Shown here in pieces: positions 11,865-25,633 of a DNA stretch of 64,000 bases. Where the stretch lies: the NCBI RefSeq assembly GCF_036971445.1, contig NC_091482.1:61752001-61816000 (forward strand), in the 5' to 3' direction. The number at the start of each line of letters is the position of its first letter. The stretch's first letter is position 1. This DNA comes from Narcine bancroftii (Eukaryota). The notes under the pieces are model-generated. The model ran no database searches. It saw only the letters and a program-made list of their open reading frames with translations, and had not been told where the DNA came from. Position numbers and translations under genes: made by a program.

Positions 11865-12609
11865 TTAAATTTGTGGAATATCCTGGAACAAATTACTGGA
11901 ATTCCATCTCCTCAGGTGCCAGAATTGTTTTTATTGGGAAAATTAGCAGATATAAGACCTAAAGTGAGCCTGTCGAAATATCAATTGAAATTTGTTAAAC
12001 ACATTTTAGCATTGGCCAGGAAATGCATAGCCATGACTTGGAAATCTGATTCCCAACTGAGTCTGACCTGCTGGAAGTCAGAAATACATAGTTGTGTTCC
12101 CCTAGAGAAGATTACTTACAATCTTATAAATTGTTGCATGTTTTTAAGAATGTGGAACCCGTATTTAAGATAAATGGGGGTTAACCTTTGATGATCCCCC
12201 CCCCTCCGATCTCCAAAATCACTATCTCCAGTATTGTCCCTGGCGATGTCTATGTCAAGACATTTATTCCTTAAGGGAGGAATTAAGCTCTGGATGAATC
12301 ACAATGTTTCATCTGAATGTAATTCTGGAAAACAGATGATTTTGTCACATCATATGGGAAAATTACCTCTTTTTTCCTTTTCCTTTGGGGAGGAGATCTT
12401 TTCCTTTTCTGTTTCCTACTTAAGGATTGGCACGGTGTGCAATTTTGCATTTTTAAACACTAGTGCAGAATTTCATAATGTGTGGATTCTTCTTTCTTGG
12501 TATATCAACATGTAGTTCGGTTTTGGTCCTTTATATCGGTGATGGTTCCTTGATTTTTGTTTGTTTTGTAACTCCATGTTGATTGCAAATCCTTAATTTA
12601 AAAAAAAAA
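11865..12609 (+). mobile_element. 5'-truncated L1-clade LINE (ORF2 C-terminus, 3'UTR, short A tail)
   Basis: LALARKCIAMTWK...SEIHSCVPLEKITYNL...WNPYL; A-run at about 12599-12609. Confidence 0.75.
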
Positions 12610-12961
12610 CCACTGGAGGAACTGAAAGACCATCATCAGTGGGAGAAAAAGAATGATAATTTTGGGCTGAAGCCCTTTTTATCAAGACTCTTGAAGCATT
12701 GATCATTCTTTTTCTTCTGAAGATTCATCCAGCAGAATGTGTTGAGGTTCAGATTCCAGTGCCTGCAGGACCCTTTTGGGTCTCTAGGGGAGAAGCTAAA
12801 TGTACTTAACACCCAAGAAAAATATTGTCCTAAAATTGAAGTTTTTAAAAGGTAGATCAGGTTTGTACAATATTTGAGAAAATAAAGATGATTTTGCTGT
12901 CCTATTGTGAAATTAACTGAAAACTGACAACCTGCAAGGCTACAGCATTTGAAAGTAAGAG

Positions 12962-13418
12962 TACCGTATCTTTAAGTGTATAACTCTACCCCCATTTTTC
13001 AGCCTAATTTTAAGGGTTTTATGGTATATCAGGTGTACATGTTGATTCCCATTTTTCAGGCTGTCCAGGCCTCCCAGGAATAACCAAAAAAATTAAGTGG
13101 GGTGGGGGGAACCTCGGTCTATCAGGCAGGAGCAGCAACGGCCCGCGGAGCTGGAATGGTGACATCATGCTCCCAGTGAGAGCATGAACCTCGGCCTACA
13201 AGGTAACAGTGGCGACCTCAGGGTCCCAGGTAGGAGTGGTTATGGTGGTGCCCAGAGTGGGGAGGAGCTTCCAGCATCAGCTTGTGTGTCAAATTGTCGT
13301 CAATCTTGTTTTTCGGTGAATTTGTTTCAAACTGCATCTGCCGTATAAGTTGCCCCTCCCCCCCAGATTTTTTAAAATAGTGTTTCGCAACTCGACTTGT
13401 ACATCGAAATGTACATTA
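12962..13418. mobile_element. Tigger/pogo-like non-autonomous DNA transposon
   Basis: Imperfect terminal inverted repeats TACCGTATCTTTAAGTGTATAACTC and CGACTTGTACATCGAAATGTACATTA, with TA ends. Confidence 0.5.
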
Positions 13419-14914
13419 ACTTAAATTGCTCTATTATTAGTTGGCAAAAGATTGTTATTCTGTGAATTTATGGGATATATTCATTTTGTCGCTTACAAGT
13501 AGAGGAATGGTCTTACATAGCTTAAAATGATTTCCAGGTAGATTGGAACATTATTTCAATTTATTTTAGCTTTAGGGATTTGGAGTCAAAACAATAGCTA
13601 TCCGCTCCTCCTTTTAAGCAACTGGAAAATTTAACTATTAATTCACTCTGCCCACCTTTTCTGTTGCATAATTTAACCTTTAGTTTTGCTGTTTCCCTGT
13701 CGACTTGAAATCTATATACTGCAGGACAGTAATAACTCTTTCCCTTGGACCATTTTCTCGTTGAGAGTAGGTTGTTAATCAAACTCTGATCATTCATTTA
13801 TGTCAACCCTACTTGTTTAACTCCTCATTGTTTCCTCCCAAAAACATTTACGAACCTTTCTGATGTCACTGTGACATCCAGAAATAGGACATTAGAGCAA
13901 AATATGAACTGAATCATAACCTCTTCAAGCATTTGTCTAGGGTCATTTCCAGGGAGAGTGTTGTGAAAGTGAATGTCTCTGCAATTTGGTTGTAGTTTTA
14001 ATCTTCAGCCCTTGAGATGATTAGTATTAAAATTATAATATTGCTTTAGAAAGGGAGTATATTAATCTGTCAAGAAAATATAATATTGCTCCAAAATGTG
14101 ACAAAGCTGACAAACTTTACTTCTTGTCTGTAATTTATAAAATCTTATTTGAGCTTTACAAATGTCCAGAAGCAAGCATGATGAACAGGGAGCATATGTT
14201 CTCCTCATTATCACTCTGTTCTATTTCATTAATGGTAGCTTTTCACTATTGCTGTGAATGTTGGGGCCAACTTATTTTTCACTCTGGGTAAACCGTACAG
14301 AAGTGATGAACCATCTTCTTAAATAGCTGTAGTCCTTTTGGTGAAGGAACTCTGATGCTTTTGGGCTGAGTTTTAGGCTTTGTTTTATGTGACCATGAAG
14401 GACCCATGTCACATTCCAAATCAGGACATTTTGTGACTTCAAGGGAAGTGCTGCTAGAAGTCTCTATGCACTTTGTAGATCGTCCACACTGTAACCACTT
14501 GCCTAGATAACTTCATGAATGATTCATATATTAAGATGCAATGCTTTTTACACTTTTTGCTCTTTAATTTTTTTGTCTTTTGTTTCTCTATGTTCCCTTT
14601 TCAAACATTAATAAAAAACACACCACTGAGGAGATTTGTCCATGTGCAACTTCGTCCAATTTGTACAAATTTCATCTTTCCCCAGAACAGATCCCAGTGC
14701 TTCTGGAATCTGAAATCCATCTTACTAACCATTTATTCATCCAATGTCTCTTCCTACTTCTACTCTTGCTAACAATTGGTGGAGATATTACTACCTTTTC
14801 AGGTCCTATTTTTCATTGTTAGTTCCAAATCGCCATATTCAGCTCGTAGGACTTTGTTTTATGTTTTTCTTATTAGTAGCAAGGATATGTACCATGACAT
14901 TTGGCCCTCCCTAT

Positions 14915-15347
14915 TGTAAGGTAAAACATCATGAGATGGGAATGTGTAAGGAGTTACCCTGTACAGGGCTGTAACAAGAAGGGGAGGTGTCCTTGTACTC
15001 CTGTTAGGTAAAACATCATGAGATGGGAATGTGCAGGGCTGTAACAAGATGTGAATGCATCCTTGTACTTACAAGATAAGAGAGACATTGATGGATTGAG
15101 AGGCAGGAAGCTAGCAGGGAAAGGATAGCAACAGTTTTAGTCATTGGACAAGTAATGATATGATGATGTTCTAAGCACGTATCCAAGGGTATAAAAAATC
15201 ACCATTTTGCTGATAACGGCAGAATGCATTCTCCGACTAACATGGTTAGTTGCAAGTGTTACAATCCGGTAATAAAGAACAAAGAACCCTGATTTCGACT
15301 CAGTCTGGTGTTTGTCTCACTCATTCATGAACAAAGCAGACCTAACA
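14915..15347 (+). mobile_element. Solo LTR (Gypsy/ERV type) in LCTL intron 12
   Basis: TGTAAGG...CCTAACA ends; TATAAAA at 15190 and AATAAA at 15271-15276; flanks CTAT/GTAT; start repeated internally at 15002. Confidence 0.75.
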
Positions 15348-17346
15348 GTATGTAGAACATTCAACACTTGTTTCAACATGTGTCTTGGAGTTTCAAATGC
15401 CTTTTTGTAAATTTTGCAAATAAACCTCTATCACTGCAGCCTCCTGTTCTTCTTCTCATCTGTGAAGCTGAGCTACTCCCCCAGGGAATATACCTAATAA
15501 ATATACCTTTTAGCAAGGACTATCACCCCAGGGGATACCATAGAACAGTAAAGTACATCAACAAGCTTTTCACACACCTATCCAGTGGGTGCCACAGGAT
15601 ATACTTTCGGCACATGGGCACCACGGACACTAAAGTTTCCCTGATTTCCCACACGTCAGAGCTAACCATAAATTATCCTAATTTAAAATTAGGAGGTAGG
15701 TCATAGCAATGAAAAATGGTTGGACAACACCCCTGAAGTGATGTGCTGTGACGAGGATAATGAAATCTCAACAACCATGATAGTTTCCAATTGTGCAAGG
15801 AATGGCTACAACAATCGAAATGTATTTCCCTTGCTGCCCTTTGACCTCCCTGATGCCAGCCTTGATATCAGAGAGGAATCACTCAAACTTAACCTGGAAT
15901 TCACTTTTTTTCCATCAAAGCTGTAATGAAGTTTGGAGTTAAGAAATCAAACTTGGAGAACGGGATACTGGTGAGTAAATGTTGCTCAGTGGTACTTTTG
16001 ATGGCATTTTATGTCATTTATCTGATGATTGAGAATTGGCTGGGCAATATTCCACATAGATGCCAGGAATTGACAGCTCACTGAGCTGGCATCTCAAATA
16101 AGTAACTACCCAGGTTTCCCACATAACACAAGAGAAACATTCCATAGGTCTGAACTGCACTTCTAGGTAAGTGATTTTTTTTTCTAGTCTCAGAGATATT
16201 TCCTTTTCCACCCACCCTTCTCCACTACAGAAATTTAATTTTCTTCTATTCAAAGGGTCACAGACCTAAAACATCCAATATTTTTATTTTCACAGATGCT
16301 CTCCGACCTGCTGAGTGTTTCCAAGTATTTTCTATTGATTACTGGCTGTAAATAATCTTGTAAAATTTTCTTTGTTTAGCTAATGTGCCCTTTAACGGGA
16401 TACATTAAACTAGAGCAGGGGTCGGCAAACTTTTTAAACCATCGAGCTCTTCATGGAATCCTTGATCTCTCATCATCCCCCAAGCATGTAAAATAAATAA
16501 ATATTATCAATGAAATTTTTCTCTATAGCCTAGACATTTTTTGACCCTTGGCCTAGAGGGATGGCCAGAAAACAATGCATGTGATGCAGTGGATGTGATT
16601 GTACTGGGGAAATTCACTAGTTTAGGGGAAAGATTAGATAAGATGGCCCTGTTTTCCTTGCAATGAAGCAGGATGAGGGATGAAGTAAATATAATTATAA
16701 GAGACATAGATAATCATTGTGTTCCAATGGTAGGATATCAAAAACAGGGACATAGCTATAAGGAGAGAGAAGGGAGATTTAAAGAGGATATTAATTTGTT
16801 TTAAACTTAGAAAGTGGTTGATATCTTGACCATGCTGCAAAATGGATGGAATTGGGTATAATCGTGACTTTTGAGTTGTTTAGGCAGGCACTTCAATAGA
16901 CAAGGCATAGAAGGATGCGGGTCCTAATACAGACAAATATGATTGGTGTGGATGGGCAAAAGGGCAGAAGAGCCTGTTTCTGTGCTGGGGCACTGGGGGC
17001 TCACTCAGGCCAAAGCAAAATCCAAAGCCTTTACAGAAGAAAATAAGTGGCACATAATGGATGACTGCTGTTAATGAATCAAAGTACACACTGCTTCCCA
17101 TATTTTGATAAACATATAACTGTTCAATGGTGCAGGAAGGCAATAACTTGTGCCACAGAAATAAAAGCCCTGTTTGCTTGTGACAGAAGGTTTTCGATGT
17201 TCCAGCGGAAAGGTATTGAGCAGCTCTAGAAAAATGACCCCAGTAGTAATTCCTGTCTTTGGGCTCTGACCAGAGCAAGATTAATGGGCTGAATGGCCTT
17301 GCCTCAGAATGTGTTTCTAAAAGCTGTTGTGACTCCATTCACCTAC

Positions 17347-17410
17347 CTGCAGCAAGCAGTGCATTAGTGGTTGAGCATGCCTCCGCAGACTTGCGCAGCC
17401 AATTTTCAAT
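17347..17410 (-). CDS. LCTL: LCTL exon 12
   Basis: IENWLRKSAEACSTTNALLAA; ttttctctggccag| ... G|gtaggt; 64 nt. Confidence 0.92.
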
Positions 17411-18468
17411 CTGGCCAGAGAAAAGTAGAAAGCTTGTTTAATGAACATCCTTTGAATAAAAATTGACATTTTACAGCTAAACAATATTCAAGAGGTTGCC
17501 TAAACTGATACAGCTGGGGTGACTTCCACATTCTCTCGTGATACAGGAGGCCCTTTTGCTCATCAGGTCTATGCCTGTGCACACACATTAATACTATTTC
17601 TTCATTAATTTTCCCTGGAATCGATTCTCACTGTATTCCCATCAATTAACCTACCAACCACGTGTCTTTGCAACATGGGCAAAACTGAGCACCTGGAAGA
17701 AATCCACACTGTTATAGAAAGGAATGTGCTGACTCTCCACTGAGGAGCTGAGTCCATGGGCAGATGGCCTCCTCCTGCTCCTAGTTCCTTTGTTTTTATG
17801 AACTCATGCAGTGAGACAGTAACTCTAGTACTGTGCCACTGTTAAATTATGCTCTATATCTATTCAACAACAGCGTTCTTTTATGCCAGGTTTAATTAAC
17901 TTTATCAGGCATAAAATGGTAAGATTCTTCCTAAGGCTATGGGAATGAAATGCACATTGAAGCTGCCTTTCCTTTTAAATCAATACCTTTCTCCTCCACT
18001 GCTGAATAAAAGTGAAATACAACAGCATAACATGCACTGAATCAGTGTTACTGAATTAGAGTTGTTAAGCAACTTGGTAAATTGTAAGACCACCCCAGCC
18101 AGCTAAATTCAACAAGACACACGTGAGATGCTGGAAACGAGCAAAAAAACTCCGAGTCGAACAGCATCAGTGGGAGAAGAAAAATGGTTTTGACTCAATA
18201 AAGGGTTCTGAGCCAGAAGGTTGATTCAGAAACTGATATTCTCCCACAGCTTTTATTCTTTTTATTGTCTTTTTGTTTTTATTGTCTCATTGGATATTCT
18301 GTTCTATTTACTCATCAGCTTCTGCATAAGATATTTTAAGTCTAAGCACAAAGTTTTTTCTTTTTTTCCCCACCCAAGTTTAAATCAATTTCATACAGAA
18401 TGGCTTCATGAACTCAATGAATTTCTAGAAGTGAGCATTCTTGTGGTTAAAGAAACAGTTTTACTCAC

Positions 18469-18668
18469 TTCTCTCTGGTTGGGAAATCCATTGGAGCTGA
18501 TCATCATCCTGTAATATTGAACCGAAGCCTTAGGATATCTCCTCTTGTGCATGGTTTTAAAATCAATGTAGTAAAGGCCAAATCTTTCTGAATATCCTTC
18601 GTCCCATTCAAAATTATCCAGCAATGACCAGGAAGTGTAACCCTTCACTTTAACTCCATCTTTAACAG
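18469..18668 (-). CDS. LCTL: LCTL exon 11
   Basis: (A)VKDGVKVKGYTSWSLLDNFEWDEGYSERFGLYYIDFKTMHKRRYPKASVQYYRMMISSNGFPNQRE; ttacag| ... GAA|gtgagt. Confidence 0.96.
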
Positions 18669-19049
18669 CTGTAAGGTTTCAAAATTAAACATGTTTACAA
18701 AAAAAAATCATTTGACATCACACCAAGAGATGCTGGAAACTTGTAGCGATTTCAAGAGGACTTGTGCTCAATGCACAAGCAGCATTGTTTCAGAAGAAAA
18801 AGTCATGCCAAGAAACAGTGTATTTCTAGTTTACTGTTTGTTTGATATTGAAATAACTTGATTTTTTTCAAAAGTTCTGTTAGCGTTGATCATTCCTGAT
18901 CTCTCAATTGCAGCGATGAGCTGTTTATTTAATAATTAGAAAAAGTCGCTATGCCTCCTACTGTGGCATCATATCTCTGCCTATTGTTTAAAAAAAAATC
19001 AGTTCCCTCTCGCTCTCTCTATAATGAAAGATGTAATATCAAAACCCCA

Positions 19050-19800
19050 GAGACAATTAATAGGTTTGAATATCAATTTATGAAATCATGTTTGCCTAAC
19101 CTACAGGAGTTCTTTGAGGATATGATTAGTAGAAGAGATAGGGGAAACTGATGGATGTCGTGTTTTTTCTTAGATTTTCTGAAGGCTTTTGATAAGATAC
19201 CACAGAGGAGGTTGCTCAACAAGATTGGACCATATGGAATTGGGACAATGTCATGGACTGGGCTGATAATTGGTTAACAGAGCAAAGACAAAGTTGGCAA
19301 GAGTGTCTCGTGAGGTTATGCAGGGATCAATGTTTGTGCCCAGTTGTTCATAATTTCTCAGTGATTTGGCTAAGTAGGAAAGACGAAATGAAGCTTCAAG
19401 GGAATAATGACAGGTGAGTGGATGACAACAAGGCAAAGCAATGACTAAGACCTTGATGAAACTGCAGTTGGATTATAGATAACATTTCTGGCCTCCTTCC
19501 ATTAGAAAGGATCAACTTGCCATTGAAGAGAACTGCAAAGAATTACTAGACAAATTCCTGGTACAACAGGTTTATATGAGATGAGAGTTTTAGTAATAGA
19601 CCTGTATTCTCTAATCTTTTACAAGATTAAGAAGTGATCTCATTAAAACGCATCAGATTCCCTTGAGGTCTGACAGCTAATACAGGATGGTCTAGAAAAG
19701 CCTCACCCTGTAGACTATTTACGACACAGATGAAGAGAACCCTCAAAGACATTGGTGAATCAGGAATTCTCAACCATGGAGGTTTCTGGAGGCTCCATCA
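19050..19800 (+). mobile_element. Old CR1-type LINE fragment
   Basis: KSCLPNLQEFFED and GATTTTCTGAAGGCTTTTGATAAGATACC (DFxKAFDKIP) RT motifs. Confidence 0.7.
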
Positions 19801-20644
19801 TCAGCACTCCTTGTATTCAGAGAGTCTCTGCACCCTTTCCAGCTTAATGATATCTTTTCGATAGCTGACCAAAAGTATGCACAATAGTTATGTGTGATCT
19901 CACCAACATCCAGATGAAGGATTTTGGCATGAAGCATCATCAATTATTTTTCTCCCACTGATGCTGCTCGACCTAAGTTCCACCAGCAGATTGTTGCTCC
20001 TGTACTCAGTGTCCTGACCGAAGAAGGTATTTGGCACATTTGCCTTCATCACCACTTGCATAGAACTCAGTACCTATATCCCAAGTCTTTTTGTCCTGTC
20101 CAGATGTAAACATGTTTTGTAATTAACACTCTTTGAAGCTGCAAGATGTACTGAGGACACAGGGGTAGCTGTTCAAGGCACAGTGGTGAGATTTAGTAGC
20201 AGCTATCTACTCATTTATTCTGACAGGGGAGCAATTTGGCCTATCAAGTCCCTGCTGACTCCGAGCAGAACAATCCCTTGACTCCCATTTCAACCCCCAC
20301 ACACCCCCCCCCCTTCTCTGTATCCTTGCAACTTTCTCTCCCCTCTCCTTTTTTTTTGTCAATTCATCGATTAGTGAGTGTATGGATTTTGAGGGGAAAA
20401 TGAACCCCCTGAAGTTGTCACAGGAAAAACATGCAAATTCCATGTAGACGGCCCTGTCAGAAGTGGACCCAGGTTGCTCAAGGTGTGAGGGAGTAGCACT
20501 AACTGCTCCACAGCCGCACCCTCTAATCTTTAGAACATCAAAACTAATTTAAAAGGAAATTCTTCCTGCTTTCTCATTTTTTGTTCACTCCCAGGGCAAT
20601 TGTTGTTACATGGAAAAAGCCTCATTTTGATATGAAGAAACCAC

Positions 20645-20771
20645 CTTTCAGAATCTCGTTAACATAATTATTCATGTACTGCATTCGCCACTTGTCGCAG
20701 AGCTCTGGACATTGCCATTTTTCCGATACTCCATTTTCGGTTATGTAGATTCTCGGGTCTCCATATCGACT
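20645..20771 (-). CDS. LCTL: LCTL exon 10 (ITENG nucleophile motif)
   Basis: SRYGDPRIYITENGVSEKWQCPELCDKWRMQYMNNYVNEILK; tttcag| ... G|gtggtt. Confidence 0.95.
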
Positions 20772-23151
20772 CTGAAACAAATCAGAAAGCAACAGCATGG
20801 CAAATTAAAATTTCAGTCACTCAAATTCATCTTAATATAGAGGATAGTTTCTGATAGGTTAGCACAACAAGAGTTTGTACGATGGGATTTTCTGCCATCT
20901 TGTTAAAAAAATTGAAAAGACTCAGGTGTCAAAAGTCTGCTTGGAAACATGGGAGAATTATTACTCAACACAAGGGGACATTATTCAGTAGTAAGTGATA
21001 ACCTTCAATCTTCCTGATTACTCTGCAATCATGTAAATACATTTTGTTATATGTAGTCATTGTAAATGTAATATTTTTGTTTCAAAACCTCTCATCTTCC
21101 TTGCCAACATACATCAGGAAGTAATGACAAGTCCTCAGTTGCTCAAGCCTTCCCTTGTACATTTTGTGAAAAAAAATTTAGCAAAAGATGATCCCCTTGC
21201 ACTCTTTTATAAATGTACATCTCTATGGCCAGGATTATATAACTGCTGTAGCACTACTCCCTATACTGTTGTCTTAGTTATTTCCTTGTTATTTATGCTC
21301 TACCGGCTGTATGTATGATAATAAAGCCGTTCATTTTTTTGGGGGTTGGAAGCAAGTGATCATTCTCTCCCAAATTCACATTGTATAAATTTGACATTAC
21401 AAACTGGATTACTTATTGAAACATCCAAGCCTCGACCTCATTGGAACAGACCAAGCATCTAGACAGGTATCCCATGTCACAAAATCTTAGGCCTTGAAAT
21501 TTGCAAAGTATTGCAGAATTTATGGAGAGAAGACTACACCTGGTGATGTGTTTTAAGGTGTACCCAAACTGGCTGTTGAGATTGCTTTTTAAAACAGAGC
21601 ATGACATGGAGCAGAAGATACCTGATTAGAAATGAATCATTTCAGCTGGAGTTGATCCCTCACCTGGTGTATTATTTTAAATGTGTTTGGTGATATGTAA
21701 TGAGACAAAAAGTCAGGCTTTTCACATATATTAAGCTATTTATGAGATCAACCTTTGATTCTTTTTCAGATGTCCTGGTAGCAGGAGTTTACATCTCCCC
21801 TTCACCTCAAATTCATGATATTAACAAAAATTAAGTGTTGACTTTCCTTTTAGAAGTTTGTTTTCTTTGCTATCTTATTTGTTTATTTAATGTTTACCTT
21901 AATAAAGATATTTTTCTGGGTTTTTTTTGTGATTTGTAAATGATGCTTGGCATTATTTTCCATCTTTCAAAGCTTCAGTAACAAACCTGTTCCTGAGTCC
22001 GCATTAAATGAGACCCAGTATAATGGAAAAATAGCAAGTTGATGTGGCTTCTTCAGCACCATGTCCCAATCCTGTGATCTTTTAAGACCAAAGGATCTTC
22101 GATCTGGTTGGAAGAACTCTGCCATGATCTGTGGAAAGAGAAACCAGTGAACATTTTGGTTTTCAACCCACAATGTTGACTGGTTTCAGCCAGTGCCTGT
22201 TTTTTTTTCTGATGAAAGCCCCAGGCCAAAAATGTTGGTTACCCTTTACTTCTTATGGATGCTGTGCAACCAGCTGAGTTTCTTCAGCACATTTGTGTAA
22301 TCCCCTTGACCCCAGCTTCTGCAGATTCTCTTAACTCCAAACAAGGCTTCTGGAGGAATAGGGATATGGCATTTTATAAAATAAGGACATATTTGTGTTT
22401 TTATTAACTCAGACCAATTCCCTGAAATGGTTTTACAGCTAATTAAATGATTTGTCATGATACAGAAAACTTGACCATCTATTTGCTTGCCCCAAGGTCC
22501 CACATGAAGCAATCTGACCACCAGTGATGCAAGTCAAGAGATGAATATCATCTTGGAAACTGAGAGAAATTCCTTCACTCTATAGTATTGCCCTAGAATT
22601 TTTTGATCTTCCTGATAGCATTCTGGTTTAAAGTCTCAATCAAAGACAAGATCTCTGTTGATGTCTCATTCCCACAACATCACATGGGTCTATTATGTTT
22701 TCAGCTTTGAAGTCACCCCAGCCTATGTGGCTTTGACGAGGACATTACCCACTGAGAGATGACCACACATGTGAAGTTAAGACAACAAAACGAATGGTCA
22801 AGCTTATTTTCTACTTAATGTGGCCCAGTTGGAAGCAGCTAATCGGAGTTAAAAGATTATATGTTTAAGTCTCACTACAGTGCAGCACTAAGAGAGAGAC
22901 ATTAAACCAAAATGCTATCCAAGTCTCTTGGGCAGAAAAAAAGTTATGTGAGACCTGGTCCAGATTTAAATCCCAGTGAAAGAGCAGATCGTGTGTTTAT
23001 TGGACTTTCTGTACACAAATGAATGATTTGAGTAAATATGACTTTGACTTGCAACACTCGAGCAAGTCATGGGTTCATTAAATATTAATCCTTTTTGCAT
23101 TACTCCTAAAGTAACAAATTGATCTATGCATCTCTGATTTGCAGCAAATAC

Positions 23152-23426
23152 CTTTATGAAATTCAGGATTCTCCTGAAGCCCCAGGGTACTGAATAGAGC
23201 CACTCGGATCCTGGGTCTGGCCACTGGGGATCAACGAGCTCCAATAAGTCGCGATCGGTGTGATAACTTGGTCCCTTGCTATGATGGTAATTCTTGTGAG
23301 TGATGTAGCGAGTTGTGAAATGACCCAGCCCAAAAAAGTCTGAAGTGCCTTTGATGAAGTGTTTCTCCTGTGGAGTGAAGGCAGGCAACCTCGAGCCACC
23401 CAGACCTTCCTGTGAACTCTTCCTCC
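23152..23426 (-). CDS. LCTL: LCTL exon 9
   Basis: (G)RKSSQEGLGGSRLPAFTPQEKHFIKGTSDFFGLGHFTTRYI...WLYSVPWGFRRILNFIK; ccacag| ... AAG|gtattt. Confidence 0.96.
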
Positions 23427-24244
23427 CTGTGGATGGAGTAAACACCAGAGTCGGTCAGAGCTGAGGACAAAGGTTTGACAGTTTGAACAATACCACTGAC
23501 TCATGGCCACATTTTGTTCTGGATTTCCTCTGCTGTGAGAATGAATTGGATTATTTCCTCAAAAATTACCTGGATGAGGCTCAATCAAACTCTCCCACAC
23601 ATTGCTAATTTGAAAGAGTAGAAAGGAGTGCAATAGAAGTTGGTGGAAACAACTATGACAGATGAAAAACTGTCCCCTTAGTACCTTGCTGAATATATAA
23701 AAACTTCCATGGAAAGAATTTCTACGCGCTTTTCTGATGCTACATAGGACATTGAATCTTTCCCTTCTGTCCATGATTTTAAGAGGCATTTTACTTCCTA
23801 TGCAAAGTCATTTCATTTGACACACAGGAACAACAACTGTAGGCTTCACAAGTTGCATCCACTGTTCGTGCAGATCATTAAGGTAAATCTCTGCCTCAGC
23901 TGTCCTGTTGTAAAAGGCAAGCTGAAATCAAATGCCATTGACATCCACTTTGGAATGTTCTCTGGGGTCACCTTTCCCATACTGTCTATTAAAATCAGTA
24001 ATGAGCTGAAGAAACTAAAACTGTAAAATTGTCCCATTTCACACAACGTTAAAAAACAAAATGCATCATTTGCCTGGTGGCATTTTAGACTTCTAAATTA
24101 TGGAAAAACTCAGAATTATGAATATCTGTTTCTGGGCAGATCAATTTACTCTGGGCTTTGTGTTTGTCATGCCAGGTTAAAAAGTGAAAGAGTGTGACTG
24201 TGTGAGCACCATTACTTTATTTTCACCTATTATTTTACACTTAC

Positions 24245-24406
24245 CAATGCAGTCTTTCATAACTTGAGGGTAGTCCCCATTAAAAATGGGGTTAGCAAAC
24301 CATCCGAGGTTAAATTGGATGTAGCGCTCCCCAGCATCAATATCCTTCCGGCTTGTGATGTCAACTGGCTCTCCCCACTCACTTGTGATGGAAATACCCA
24401 CCATGC
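24245..24406 (-). CDS. LCTL: LCTL exon 8
   Basis: (G)MVGISITSEWGEPVDITSRKDIDAGERYIQFNLGWFANPIFNGDYPQVMKDCI; attaaag| ... G|gtaagt. Confidence 0.95.
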
Positions 24407-25578
24407 CTTTAATATTAAAAGAATGTTTAATAATTACCACACAAGTAGACTTAGAATTGGAACAAAAATGTTTCAGTTGTGATTTTTTTAATTGCAATGG
24501 TTCCTGACCTGAAGCATTTCCACAAGATGCTCAGCATCCATTAGTCCAAGATCCCCTGGCTTTACATTTAAAGCATCCGATCTGAAGCCCCCTGTCCTGG
24601 CCATTTGCTTCTTGTTTCTCAATATGCTCATTCATTGCTCAAATTTGATGTTTTATTTCCTAAATTCTTCTGACAGTTTTCATTGATTCATTTTTGTGAT
24701 CTGACTGTAGCTGGCAAGGCCAGGGTTTATTATCCAACTCTGTTTGCCTTTGAGAAAATGGGGTTGAGCTACCATCTCGAACTGTTCTAGCCCTTGTGAG
24801 TGTGTTCCCATGGTATTATTGGAGAGGTAGTTCCAGGATTTAGAACCCATGAAATGGGTGAATAATGTAAAGATGTGAAAGATGAGATTGTGAACTTGCA
24901 TCCGATGTTTCTTGCTGTCAAATAGAAGAACTTGCATTGCAGCTTGGTAACAGAAACTGCTCTGCTCAAGACTGCAGAGAATTCTGAACACAGCTCAGGT
25001 TGTTGCGCAAACCAATCTCCCTAGACACCGTCTATACCTCCTGCTGTCTCCGGAAAGCTGCCAATATATTTAAAAAAACCAACCCAGCCCAGTTACACTC
25101 TCTTCTCCCCCTACTGTCAGACAGAAGAAGCACGAGCTTAAATGGTAAAAGATGAGACACTCGTGCAGTTTTAGTTGCACTTTTCTCTACACCCTGCACT
25201 TTGTTATACATTTTCTCTGCACGCTTCGATATTATAATGTTTTTACAATAATATTGTATTATTGAACTACCTGGTGTACTTGAGCACTGGTTGACTTGTA
25301 TGGATGGCATGCTTTAAAAAAAATTACAATACATGTCAGTATGTATGATATACGGAAATATGTGCTGAGATCAGGACTAACAGATCTTCCTGAAGGCTTT
25401 AATAAAAGTACTTCAGTCAGGATATTGAATCTCATAAATGCCACTTGAAAATGTTGAACCTTCGCTTAAGTTCATACAGCAAAAGGTAGGTAACTTATGC
25501 AGCACACTTGGTTATAGTTTACTCCTGTGCTGTACGTTTGTATTGTGTTTGAGACTTCTTAATTTTGAGAAGCAGTAC

Positions 25579-25633
25579 CTTTTTGGCGGCTGCGCCAGAG
25601 TCTGTCATACGTATGCCAAGCTGTTGCATGGGC
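25579..25633 (-). CDS. LCTL: LCTL exon 7
   Basis: AHATAWHTYDRLWRSRQK; tttcacag| ... G|gtactg. Confidence 0.94.
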
